DNA of 64,000 nucleotides from a virus (Duplodnaviria; Caudoviricetes): IMG/VR virus record IMGVR_UViG_3300037587_000358, positions 1,719 to 65,718 of that record; one strand, 5' to 3'. Shown piece by piece: positions 1 to 8,735 of this stretch (position 1 is its first letter; each line of letters starts with the position of its first letter). The notes under the pieces were generated by a model. It saw only the letters and a program-made list of their open reading frames with translations, ran no database searches and was not told where the DNA came from. The position numbers and the translations under genes were made by a program.

Positions 1-2
1 AT

Positions 3-866
3 AAGATCAAACCGTGGAAGATATGGTATCGTAGCGGCGGAGACGATGCTTACAACGCAATACATGTGCATAAGGTTCCGTCTATTGGTGGCGAGCTTAT
101 ACAGATTATAGAGATGGTAAGAAATTTCATTGACGATGAAACCAATCTTCCTTCTTTAATATCCGGCCAGCCATCGCAGGCTGGAACACCCGGAGCCGAG
201 ACGGCTTCTGGAATGTCGATGTTGCTGGGAGCCGCACAGGTAGTTATTAAGACCGTAGTAAAGAATATTGACGACTATCTCATAAAGCCCTTGATACAGT
301 CGTATTACAACTTCAATATGGAGTGGAGCGACGACGACGAAATCAAAGGCGATATGAATATAGAAGCTCTTGGCTCTGCAATATTGGTGGCCAGGGAGGT
401 TCAGACCAGAAACATGACTGATTTCCTGGGTGTTACTGCTAATGAGTTCGACATGCCTTTAGTCAAAAGGCCTAATATACTCAGGAAGATCGCCAAGAAC
501 ATGGGCCTCGACGAAGACGATATCAAGTCTGATAAGCAACTCAGAGAGGAAGCTGCAAGGCCTGATCCGATAAAAGAAAAATTAGATCGGCTTGCAATAG
601 AAAAAGCAGAGCTTGAAAATGCTGAAATACAAGGTAAGATAGACGTACTGGCCAGCGAAGAACGAAAGAATGACGCAGAGGTCAAGTATAAACTGGAATT
701 CTTGAGGCAGCGAAGGATTAAGCTGGCAGAGGATATCAAAGAAACCAGAAGGGTGAATAAACAGAGTGCGATTGACGCAAAGGAAGGAGGGGGCACGTCG
801 AAAAAGAAAAAGAAGAAGGTATCAGGTGCGGCAAAACCGGTTAAAATTTTAAACGAGGAGACATGA
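3..866 (+). CDS. Portal protein, C-terminal part (5' truncated by window)
   Basis: Frame is open from nt 3. Contains ETASGMSMLLGAA and KTVVKNIDDYLIKPL...YYNFNM segments typical of podovirus-type portals. Precedes scaffold and capsid genes; TerL sits at the other window end. Confidence 0.8.
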   Translation, partial: KIKPWKIWYRSGGDDAYNAIHVHKVPSIGGELIQIIEMVRNFIDDETNLPSLISGQPSQAGTPGAETASGMSMLLGAAQVVIKTVVKNIDDYLIKPLIQSYYNFNMEWSDDDEIKGDMNIEALGSAILVAREVQTRNMTDFLGVTANEFDMPLVKRPNILRKIAKNMGLDEDDIKSDKQLREEAARPDPIKEKLDRLAIEKAELENAEIQGKIDVLASEERKNDAEVKYKLEFLRQRRIKLAEDIKETRRVNKQSAIDAKEGGGTSKKKKKKVSGAAKPVKILNEET

Positions 867-1093
867 TGTTAGAAGGCAAGCTTACACCAGACGAAGCAAT
901 GGCAGTGCAGGTATTGGCTGCTGACCCGAATTGGCAAAAATTCAAAGAGTATGTAACTCGTATATATTTAAAGGCTTCGAATGAATGTGAGACCCGTATG
1001 GATGATCACAGGCATTGGCAAGGCCGAGCATTGGAATTAAAGATGATGGTGAACATCGAATCCAAGGCGTACAACATTTTAAATGGAACGTAA
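863..1093 (+). CDS. Small conserved head-region protein (Bbp19-like)
   Basis: 76 aa, SD GAGGAG, W..FKEY and WQGRA motifs, located between portal and scaffold. Confidence 0.6.
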   Translation: MMLEGKLTPDEAMAVQVLAADPNWQKFKEYVTRIYLKASNECETRMDDHRHWQGRALELKMMVNIESKAYNILNGT

Positions 1094-1102
1094 GGAGGAA
1101 TT

Positions 1103-2233
1103 ATGGCAGGAGCAAAAGCAGCATCAGAAGAAAAAGCAGAACAAGAATTGCCTCCGCACGCAGCCGGGCGTGAAGTGCTAAGCTACGTGCAGCGCTTAGA
1201 AAAAGAGGCAGACGAGGACTTCGCCGCAGTTCATGGCATTGACCCTGAAAAGGAAAAAATCGACGATGACAAGAAGGGCGTCGAAGGATCCGAGAAAAAG
1301 GCAGAGGGCGAAGAGCCAGAGAAAGTCGTCGATAAAGAGCCAGAGGATAAGCAGCCGGAAGGCAAGGATAAAGTTGCCGAAGGCGATGGTAAAGTTGCCG
1401 AAGGCGATGACGACTTAACCAAGGGCCTGAGTACTGAGAATGCCCAAAAGCGTATTAGCTCTGCTCAGAGCAAAATGCATGATTCCAATGCCAGGGCAAC
1501 CACGGCAGAGGGAGAGCGCGATAGATTAAAGGAGCAGAACGAGGCTCTTCAAAAGAAGCTGGACACCGTACCGGAAGCCCAGGCCGCTGCCGAGCCTGGC
1601 AAGGAACCGGAAAAGAAAGTAGCTTCAAAGGCGGACGAAGAAGACGACCTTAAAGCCAGCATGGAAGAGCTAAACCAGGAGTATCCGGAAATTGCAAAGC
1701 CTATGCTTAAGATGATGGCCAGGCAAGAAATTGAGAACAAAAAGCTTTCAGACCAAGTGGCGACACTTGTGGAGAAGGAAGAAACCCGCACTGCGGAAGC
1801 CGTGACGGTGAAAGAGAATACTCACGTTAAGGCTATCTCGGATGCACATAAAGACTACAAAGAGATTTCAGAAGAGCCTTTGCTTGATGACTGGATTGAA
1901 AGCCTCCCGGCAATTGAAAGAGCCGGAGCACGGGCGATCAAAAAAGCCGGTTCATCTACGGAGGTAATTGAGTTGTTGACGTCGTTTAAGAAGGCTAATG
2001 GTTATGAACTTCCTGCTGATTCAAAGGAAGATATTCCTGCGAAAAAAAGCAATTCGAAGATCGAAAAAGCCAAGGCTAAAGCAAATCCGTCCTTTAATAA
2101 GTCTAAGGACGTGAATATTCAGGATGGACAGGTAGAGTTTACAAGGCAGGAGATTGATGCTATGTCGCCAGCCGAATTCGCAGAAAAGGAACCAGCTATT
2201 GATTTAGCTATGTCCAAAGGCTTAGTTCGCTAA
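1103..2233 (+). CDS. Capsid scaffolding protein
   Basis: SD AGGAGG. Acidic, coiled-coil 376 aa ending FTRQEIDAMSPAEF...IDLAMSKGLVR, directly upstream of the capsid gene. Confidence 0.75.
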   Translation: MAGAKAASEEKAEQELPPHAAGREVLSYVQRLEKEADEDFAAVHGIDPEKEKIDDDKKGVEGSEKKAEGEEPEKVVDKEPEDKQPEGKDKVAEGDGKVAEGDDDLTKGLSTENAQKRISSAQSKMHDSNARATTAEGERDRLKEQNEALQKKLDTVPEAQAAAEPGKEPEKKVASKADEEDDLKASMEELNQEYPEIAKPMLKMMARQEIENKKLSDQVATLVEKEETRTAEAVTVKENTHVKAISDAHKDYKEISEEPLLDDWIESLPAIERAGARAIKKAGSSTEVIELLTSFKKANGYELPADSKEDIPAKKSNSKIEKAKAKANPSFNKSKDVNIQDGQVEFTRQEIDAMSPAEFAEKEPAIDLAMSKGLVR

Positions 2234-2362
2234 GCAAAGCAGTAGGTAGTAAATTAGAGATAAGAGGCCGTGATTTCCCTGTCTAGGCAGGCCATGATTC
2301 CCGACTTGATCTAAAGATAAAATTAACTTTTTTATAACTTTAATCAATAAGGAGGGCTTGCT

Positions 2363-4438
2363 ATGGGTAGACAAGTAGCAGTCGCGGCGGGTTATAATAA
2401 CCTGCCAAATGGGCATTTCATTAAGATGGGGTGAAAGTAAAATTGGTTCTAAATAACGGGAAAGCGATGGCTAACCCGCTCTAATCGCTAAAACTTACAA
2501 AGCAGAGAGGAATTTCAATGGTAAGTGAGAAGTATATTGCTGGTTTTTTGGATGCAGATGGATGTATAAGTATAAGCTGGAAGAAGGGTATTTATAAGCC
2601 ATTACTAGACATGAAGTTTAGTCAAAAAACCAGTAAAGATAAAGTGATTAAATTGATTTCAGAAAGCGTTGATGGCGGTATTATTGTCAAGCAAGAGATT
2701 AACGGTGAGTCGTATTCTACTTTTGCTCTTCGTGGCAAGTTCGCTGAAATGCTTTTGAATAGAATAAAAAAACATTTAGTTATAAAAAAGAGATATGCAC
2801 AGGTTTGCCTGGATATAATAGAAACAAGGAGTCCGTATCCTGACTGGAAAGAGAAGGCCAAGTGGCTAAAAGAGCAAAGGAAAATAATGTCTTTGCCTTT
2901 AGCAAACTATCCTTCTAGGAAATGGATGGCAGGCTACCTTGACGGTGATGGTTGTTTTCATGCAAGAACCCCAGGCGGTAAGTGTAAAAGCACAAGAATT
3001 GATCTTTCTGTCGGGACTATTAATTATGACAGAGAAGGCATTGATTTGATGCATAAGGTTTTTGGTGGATGTGTTACCTCTCACGGAACAAATGGCACAG
3101 GAATTAGATGGATACTGTGTTTGTCTCCAACAAAAGCAAAGCAGCTATATGACTATTGTGGAAATTATTTTATTACAAAGAAAGATCAATTTGATTTTAT
3201 CTTTGGTTGTGCGAAAATGGGAAATTACCGAGATGGTAAGACCATTAAAGAGGCATTAAAACAACTAAAAGCGAGAGATCACAGACTTAACGAACCGAGC
3301 GTTGAAATATCAAAATTATTAAATGGAGTAGAAAAATATGATAAGTTTAATAGTTTTGACAGGAAACAGCGTATGCGAAAGTCGGAACAAGCAATAGCTT
3401 GTTAAACGTCCAGAAGTATGGTCTAAGAAACTTCAAGTTGTATAACTGCTTGAAGCAAAACCGAATCTGAATAACTGGAAAGCGAAAGCCAACCAGATCG
3501 AAACGTGCCGAGTTTGAACAGTATTAAATACAATGAAACTTGGTGTTTAAGTTGGTACTGCCAACATTACGTGCGAGCACAGACTAAGCGATTCGGAGTC
3601 AGCAAATCGCTGACTATGCGATAGTCGGAGGCTTAAACATAAGCCAGACGCAAAGTTTTATGCAACAACAGTATTTGGAGAAATAAGTAACAACGATTGG
3701 GAAGGCGAGATCCAGGGCCAGGGCGCAAAGGTTATTATACGCAAAAGGCCTACCGTAATAGTTAGCGACTACCAGCATGGTGGCGTTATCAATTACCAGG
3801 ATTTGGACGACCAGAAGCTTGAGTTGCTTATCGACAAAGCGAAGGTATATGCCTTTAAGCTTGACGATATCGACAGAGCACAGTCTGACATCAACATCAT
3901 CAATGAAACAACTCTTGATGCTGCTGAGCAGACTAAAATCGTTATTGACACTGACCTCTTGGCGAATGTCTATACCGACGCCACGAGTTCACTGGCCTCA
4001 ACAGTCGTAACAAAGACAAATGTTCTGGAATGGATTGTAGATGCAGGTACCGAACTTGATCAGCTTAACATCCCAACCGAAGGCAGATGGCTGGTAATTC
4101 CGCCTTGGATTGCTGGAATGATCAAGAAGGGCGACCTTAAGGATGCGTCTCTTGCAGGCGACATGACTTCTGTTCTGCGTAACGGTAGACTCGGAATGAT
4201 TGACAGGTTTATGATCTATGTATCTAACAACATAGCTCTGACTGGCGTTGCCGCAACGGGTACTTTCCACTGCCTTGCTGGTACGAGAGATTTTGTTTGC
4301 TTCGCTTCTCAGTTTGTAAAGACTGAAACGCTGAGATTGCAGGATACTTTCGGTGACGCTGTTCGTGGATTAAATGTGTATGGCTACAAGGTCACGCACC
4401 CGGATTCAGCGGTTTACATGCCAGCTAAAAAGGCGTAA
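2363..4438 (+). CDS. Major capsid protein, three exons: ~2363-2422, ~3410-3438, ~3652-4438 (291 aa spliced)
   Basis: SD AAGGAGG and ATG at 2363. Joined exons read MGRQVAVAAGYNNLPNGHFI|PEVWSKKLQ(V/A)|KFYATTVFGEISNNDWEGEI...FGDAVRGLNVYGYKV, a typical HK97-fold podovirus capsid sequence. Exons total 876 nt. Confidence 0.9.
2422..3408 (+). mobile_element. Group I intron 1 in capsid gene, carrying a homing endonuclease (boundaries +/-1 nt)
   Basis: P1 CATTTCAT/ATGGGGTG; P3 TTGGTTC (2443)/GAACCGA (3292); P4-P5 CGGGAAAGC...GCTAACCCG; P7 CAGACTT/AAGTCGG; P9 ACAAGC-AATA-GCTTGT; ends AAACG. Confidence 0.85.
2518..3405 (+). CDS. Double-motif LAGLIDADG homing endonuclease (intron-encoded)
   Basis: Motifs YIAGFLDADG and WMAGYLDGDG; AT-rich; lies inside intron 1. 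Confidence 0.92.
   Translation: MVSEKYIAGFLDADGCISISWKKGIYKPLLDMKFSQKTSKDKVIKLISESVDGGIIVKQEINGESYSTFALRGKFAEMLLNRIKKHLVIKKRYAQVCLDIIETRSPYPDWKEKAKWLKEQRKIMSLPLANYPSRKWMAGYLDGDGCFHARTPGGKCKSTRIDLSVGTINYDREGIDLMHKVFGGCVTSHGTNGTGIRWILCLSPTKAKQLYDYCGNYFITKKDQFDFIFGCAKMGNYRDGKTIKEALKQLKARDHRLNEPSVEISKLLNGVEKYDKFNSFDRKQRMRKSEQAIAC
3439..3651 (+). mobile_element. Group I intron 2 in capsid gene, minimal (~212 nt, no ORF)
   Basis: P1 CTTCAAGT/GCTTGAAG with U3438.G wobble; P3 CCGAATC/GATTCGG; P4-P5 CTGGAAAGCGAAAGCCAACCAG; P7 CAGACTA/TAGTCGG; P8 AGTCAGC/GCTGACT; P9 GGCTTA-AACA-TAAGCC; ends AGACG(C). Confidence 0.85.
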
Positions 4439-4478
4439 ACTTAAGCTGGATTTATTTTATTTCAGACGATATAATCTA

Positions 4479-4508
4479 TGCTCGGCTCACTAAGCTGTGG
4501 GCCGAGCA
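4479..4508 (+). other. Strong hairpin after capsid gene (attenuator or processing signal)
   Basis: TGCTCGGCTCAC-N6-GTGGGCCGAGCA, no long U-run. Confidence 0.5.
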
Positions 4509-4533
4509 GTAATTTTGAATTGGAGGTTTCATT

Positions 4534-5010
4534 ATGGCTAATTATGATCTGACGCGTGGAGGCACAATAGGCGTCTCCGAGCAGGATGCTAGAAAGCACG
4601 TACTGTTTGCAAATACAGTAAGCTTTGTTACTCAGAACGTATTGGCAACTGACATTGCTCAGTTGATCAATATTCCGGCTACTTTCTGGATGACTATGTT
4701 TGGCGTCAGGCTTGACGTTGCGGAAGGCGCTACCGCCACTGGTGTATTCGGTGACGGTACTACTGCTGGTGGATGGCTTGGTACGGCATTCGACCTTAAC
4801 GGCGCAGTAAACACATTTAAGCAGTCTGGACTGGTACTTGCTGAGGCAACACCAAACACCTTTGTTGATGTGTACCACCCAGGGAAGTATTACGCTGCGG
4901 CTGATACGATTGACCTTGACCCAGGACATGACCTTGATGCATGTGTTATTACTGTATGGGCGTCTGGTTTTATATTAGACCCTACGTACATAATTCCAGC
5001 AGCAGCATAA
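4534..5010 (+). CDS. Putative capsid decoration/cement protein
   Basis: 158-aa small-residue-rich beta protein with SD GGAGG immediately after the capsid gene. Confidence 0.6.
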   Translation: MANYDLTRGGTIGVSEQDARKHVLFANTVSFVTQNVLATDIAQLINIPATFWMTMFGVRLDVAEGATATGVFGDGTTAGGWLGTAFDLNGAVNTFKQSGLVLAEATPNTFVDVYHPGKYYAAADTIDLDPGHDLDACVITVWASGFILDPTYIIPAAA

Positions 5011-5031
5011 GTACACGTTTTCGGGGAACAA

Positions 5032-5076
5032 CAGGGGACGGACGCTTTTTTGCCCGTTCCCTGCCCCTTGTTTTTA
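5032..5076 (+). terminator. Rho-independent terminator
   Basis: CAGGGGACGG...CCGTTCCCTG stem followed by a T-rich run. Confidence 0.55.
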
Positions 5077-5098
5077 TAGTCTCTAAAAGGAGGTTGTT

Positions 5099-5605
5099 GT
5101 GGAAGGCGAAGAGGTAATCAAGGCAGATGAGGCAGGAAGCATGGAAGAAGTATTCGGCGAAAAAGATTCAATGTTTCGAGGGGAGCCTGACAAGCCAGTT
5201 AATTTGACAGGCTCCCAGGAAGCAGGTATGTTGCCTCCGGGGCAGGAGGATATACTCAAGGCACCTGATGACGAGCCAGTTGATTTAACTGGAACTCAGG
5301 AAATAGGCGTTGAGCTTGATGGATCCGAGGCTATCGAGGTGGCTGAATATGCAGGCGAACAAATAACTTTCGACGAGCCAGATGGCCCGCCAGCTACGGA
5401 TGAACCGGATACGGAAGTGGTAGGTGGTGCAGTGAACACAGAAAGGCCGATAAAGGATATTCCAAAGGAAGAACCAATTACGCATCTCAAAAACCCGGAA
5501 AACAAGAACAAGGTTTTTCCGGCAACGCCAGCCCTTATGAAGCGTAAGGACTTGGTGCCATGTGATGAAAACGGCAAGACTGCCTATGATCACAGGCGAT
5601 TTTAA
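5099..5605 (+). CDS. Acidic hypothetical protein, shares C-terminal motif with next gene
   Basis: SD AGGAGG, GTG start; motif HLKNP...VFPATPALMKRKDLVPCDENGK. Confidence 0.7.
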   Translation: MEGEEVIKADEAGSMEEVFGEKDSMFRGEPDKPVNLTGSQEAGMLPPGQEDILKAPDDEPVDLTGTQEIGVELDGSEAIEVAEYAGEQITFDEPDGPPATDEPDTEVVGGAVNTERPIKDIPKEEPITHLKNPENKNKVFPATPALMKRKDLVPCDENGKTAYDHRRF

Positions 5606-5622
5606 TCTGATTTACACTTTTT

Positions 5623-6129
5623 ATGGAGGGTTGCATGGACGCACAATACACGGCAAATGGGCCTATTGGCATGGGCGAAGGAGTAAAGCCGGAACTGGAA
5701 AAAGTATTTCCAGAAGACGTAGACAAGGTTAATAGGATGAACAAGGACGCATTGAGAGTGTTTGCGGCTAAGAAGTTTGGGTTTAGCCTGGACTTATCAG
5801 GCCATATTGCTATGATAAAAGGCGATATTGTTAAGAAGTGCTTGATTGCCCTTGGCCAGATACTCCAAGACGACGACATTGATGATTCAACACGAGAGGC
5901 AATCGAAAAGGTTATTCCTATGTTTGTGAAACATCCAGTAAACGGCAGAGTGTTTGCTTCCTCTCCCCAACTACTAAAAAGGAATGATCTAATCCCATGT
6001 ACCAAAGAGGGCAGGCCATTAAAGGCAAATGAATATTATATCCCAGCACCTAAGCCACGGTTCAGGCCCGGTAGTCAGCACGAGATGGAACGGGTGTCTG
6101 CTGGAATGGAATCACAAATCACACAATGA
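5623..6129 (+). CDS. Hypothetical protein (start possibly 5635)
   Basis: Motif FVKHP...VFASSPQLLKRNDLIPCTKEGR, paralogous to the previous gene. Confidence 0.7.
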   Translation: MEGCMDAQYTANGPIGMGEGVKPELEKVFPEDVDKVNRMNKDALRVFAAKKFGFSLDLSGHIAMIKGDIVKKCLIALGQILQDDDIDDSTREAIEKVIPMFVKHPVNGRVFASSPQLLKRNDLIPCTKEGRPLKANEYYIPAPKPRFRPGSQHEMERVSAGMESQITQ

Positions 6130-6755
6130 CAAAAATAATTGATTGGCGACAAAAGGTATTGGCTGAGCTTCCTACAGAAGAAGACCTGTATGTAGAGAAG
6201 TATTTGATGGATGCAATTCAAGAACTGTGCAAGCGGACTGCTTGCCTTACAGAAGACATTGCAGACGTATCAACTCTTGATGTGCCCGAACACACGCTAG
6301 TACCCGTCACCGCCAACAGCAAGTTTGTCAGGTTCTTATATGGCAAGTATAAGGCCAGTATCCTTGATAATAAAACAATCGGGGAAATGCTGCATGAGTC
6401 CGGCAAGGAATGGCGAAAAACAACAGGTACTCCTTTATTCATCGTATACGAAGGCGGGAACACTATTCGATGGTCTAAGATTCCAGATACAACAGGGGAT
6501 GCCGTAGAATTTACGGTATCCCTTATGCCTACAGATATCGAGGATAGCGATATACCGGAGAAGATCGAAGACCTTCATTTGGAGACTGTAAAGGATTACG
6601 TGAAGTGGAAGTTCTATTTACAGCCTTCTACGTTCCAAGAGAAGCTGGCTGCATATCACGAGAAGCGATTTGAACAAGGCAGGGGCAAGTTGAGGATATC
6701 TGTGCTGACCGGATTTTTAGGTAATGCCCAGGTTCAACAAGTCCGTTTTCTGTAA
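6126..6755 (+). CDS. Head-tail adaptor-like protein
   Basis: 209 aa with helical N-terminus (DAIQELCKRT) and C-terminal H...DYVKWKFY...HEKRFE, typical of podovirus adaptors; position fits. Confidence 0.6.
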   Translation: MTKIIDWRQKVLAELPTEEDLYVEKYLMDAIQELCKRTACLTEDIADVSTLDVPEHTLVPVTANSKFVRFLYGKYKASILDNKTIGEMLHESGKEWRKTTGTPLFIVYEGGNTIRWSKIPDTTGDAVEFTVSLMPTDIEDSDIPEKIEDLHLETVKDYVKWKFYLQPSTFQEKLAAYHEKRFEQGRGKLRISVLTGFLGNAQVQQVRFL

Positions 6756-6764
6756 GGAGAAGTT

Positions 6765-7394
6765 ATGAATTTAAATGAATTAATTATTGCTGCCCAAAAC
6801 CAGGCCGACGAAATAGTCGATAAACCCGACCTTTTATGGAGCTTGGCTGAGTGGGCTGAGCATGCAAACGACGCCGAGAACGAAGCATGCATCCGGGCGA
6901 ACTTGATAATTGATAAGTCTTCATCCATGACAAGTATTCCTGTGTTGAGCGGAATAGCTACTTACTCTATAGATGAAAGAATAATAAAAATCAAGAGGGT
7001 GAAGTTGCTGAGCGGCACTGAGCCATTAGTCAAGACCAGTAGAAGGGTTTTGGACGCTACTTATCCGAATTGGGAAGCCGATACGGGAGCCGTAAGAAGC
7101 TGGCTACCTGACGACACAAACAAGGTCACGCTGTATAAAAGCCCTATTACGGGTACGACAATGAATTTTATGGTGTCAAGGCTCCCGGAAAACCCTATGA
7201 CGCTGGCAAATAAGCTCACAGAGTCGCCGGAAATAGATGCTATGTATCATCAAGGGCTGGTTGATTGGATGCTCCATAGAGCGTATTCTAAGCAGGATTC
7301 AGAGACATTGGACAAGGGCAAGGCAAAAGAACATTTGACAAGGTTTGTAAAGCGGTTCGGGGAAAGGCCCCCAGCCGGAGCATTTAAAACATAG
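6765..7394 (+). CDS. Head-tail adaptor protein
   Basis: NDAENEACIRA and PEID..YHQGLVDWMLHRAYSKQDSET...F...FG motifs. Confidence 0.7.
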   Translation: MNLNELIIAAQNQADEIVDKPDLLWSLAEWAEHANDAENEACIRANLIIDKSSSMTSIPVLSGIATYSIDERIIKIKRVKLLSGTEPLVKTSRRVLDATYPNWEADTGAVRSWLPDDTNKVTLYKSPITGTTMNFMVSRLPENPMTLANKLTESPEIDAMYHQGLVDWMLHRAYSKQDSETLDKGKAKEHLTRFVKRFGERPPAGAFKT

Positions 7395-7466
7395 CGCTGG
7401 GTGGACAAGCGGTAAGTCGTTGGACTCATAATCCAAAGAGCGGGGGTTCGATTCCCTCCCCAGCTA
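7395..7466 (+). tRNA. tRNA with CAU anticodon, initiator (fMet)-like; CCA not encoded
   Basis: Cloverleaf: acceptor CGCTGGG/CCCAGCT with C1xU72 mismatch, A11-U24 pair, anticodon arm TTGGA-CTCATAA-TCCAA, T arm GGGGG-TTCGATT-CCCTC, discriminator A. Confidence 0.9.
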
Positions 7467-7488
7467 TTATTCACTATGGCTATCTATT

Positions 7489-8406
7489 ATGACTAGAAAC
7501 ATAGAAGTGTCATCTCAGACGTTTGATGTAGGAACGGTTGCCGGAATAAATAATGTTGCCGATAAATCTCGGCTCCAGCCCGGAGAGCTTCTATATGCAA
7601 TCAATGTCGACATATCAGACAAGGGAAGGCCTTCTCGAAGGAATGGAGTGGTTAAAAAGGTTGTGCCTTCCGGGCAAATCCATAGCATGTGGGGTGACAA
7701 TAAGAAGTGTTTTTATGTCGAAAACGGCGTCCTTAAGATGCTCAATACCGATTACACGTCTACTACGTTGCGCACAGGGGTTGCGAACTACCACATGTCC
7801 TTTACGGAAATGAATGATCAGTATTTCTATACAAACCCTTCTGTCATTGGATACATATACAATGACGAAAGCAAGGTCTTCGGCACGCCTACCAAAGAAT
7901 TCAAGCACGCTCCTTTGCCTGGCCAACTCATAGAGTATTTTAACGGCAGGCTTTATGTTGCAAGGAATGAAACTATTTGGTATAGTGACGTTAATTATTT
8001 CGGAGAAGTAGATCGAAGGTTTAATTTTCATAAATTCGAGAATGAAATAACCATGATGAAGGCAGTCGATGATGGCCTTTGGATTTGCGTAGGTGACATA
8101 AACAGGCAAAGCGCTTATTTTATAGCAGGGAACACACGAGAAGAGCAGTCCCTGAGAAGGCTTGCTGGATACGGATGTATCGAAGGCTCAGACGTAAAGA
8201 TTAAGGATGGCCAGAAAGTAGGAGAGGGACTATCAGGCACTGTCATTATGTGGACGTCAGATGAAGGTATTTGCATAGGCGCGAATAGTGGGCGTTTTAT
8301 AAACATAACCGATGGTAAATACAATATACCGGATAAGCGATATGGAGCTGGGCTTTTCCGAGACGAAGGCGGACTGGCTCAATACATTACAACTTTATGG
8401 AGCTAA
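7489..8406 (+). CDS. Tail nozzle/stabilization-like beta-rich protein
   Basis: GINNV...L..AINVDI...RR.G N-terminus and beta-strand repeats; follows adaptors. Confidence 0.6.
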   Translation: MTRNIEVSSQTFDVGTVAGINNVADKSRLQPGELLYAINVDISDKGRPSRRNGVVKKVVPSGQIHSMWGDNKKCFYVENGVLKMLNTDYTSTTLRTGVANYHMSFTEMNDQYFYTNPSVIGYIYNDESKVFGTPTKEFKHAPLPGQLIEYFNGRLYVARNETIWYSDVNYFGEVDRRFNFHKFENEITMMKAVDDGLWICVGDINRQSAYFIAGNTREEQSLRRLAGYGCIEGSDVKIKDGQKVGEGLSGTVIMWTSDEGICIGANSGRFINITDGKYNIPDKRYGAGLFRDEGGLAQYITTLWS

Positions 8407-8415
8407 TGCAATGGG

Positions 8416-8616
8416 ATGCAAGAAAAAAGGCAGCAAACCAAAGAAGTAGTATCAGACGAGCCATTAAATTGGCCAGCAAAGATAGTGGATGGCGTTCTTG
8501 TTATAGAGCCTATCTGCGAAGAGATTAAGAATACCGACGGTACTCAGGATGTAATAGTAAAGCTTCCGTCTCTCGCTCTTATCAAGAAGTTCAAGGCTGC
8601 AAATAACATAAAGTAG
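8416..8616 (+). CDS. Hypothetical protein
   Basis: 66-aa ORF in operon. Confidence 0.5.
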   Translation: MQEKRQQTKEVVSDEPLNWPAKIVDGVLVIEPICEEIKNTDGTQDVIVKLPSLALIKKFKAANNIK

Positions 8617-8735
8617 CACATAGCTATTTGACTGCGATTCTTATTCCTCTGTATGAGGCGTAACCGCAAACTCTCAGATTGATGCCATGTGAAGATGAAC
8701 CTATTTTCTTTAACATTTAATCAGGGAGGGCTACA

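Noticed and set aside
1369-1410. 21-nt tandem duplication in the scaffold gene
   Set aside because: An ordinary in-frame duplication (KVAEGD twice) in a disordered region.
3803-4438. ORF-track 211-aa protein as a complete gene
   Set aside because: The frame is open upstream to ~3650 and lacks its own SD; it is exon 3 of the capsid gene.
7395-7466. tRNA as an attachment site or prophage boundary
   Set aside because: Phage structural genes lie on both sides, no duplicated 3' end was noticed, and there is no integrase.
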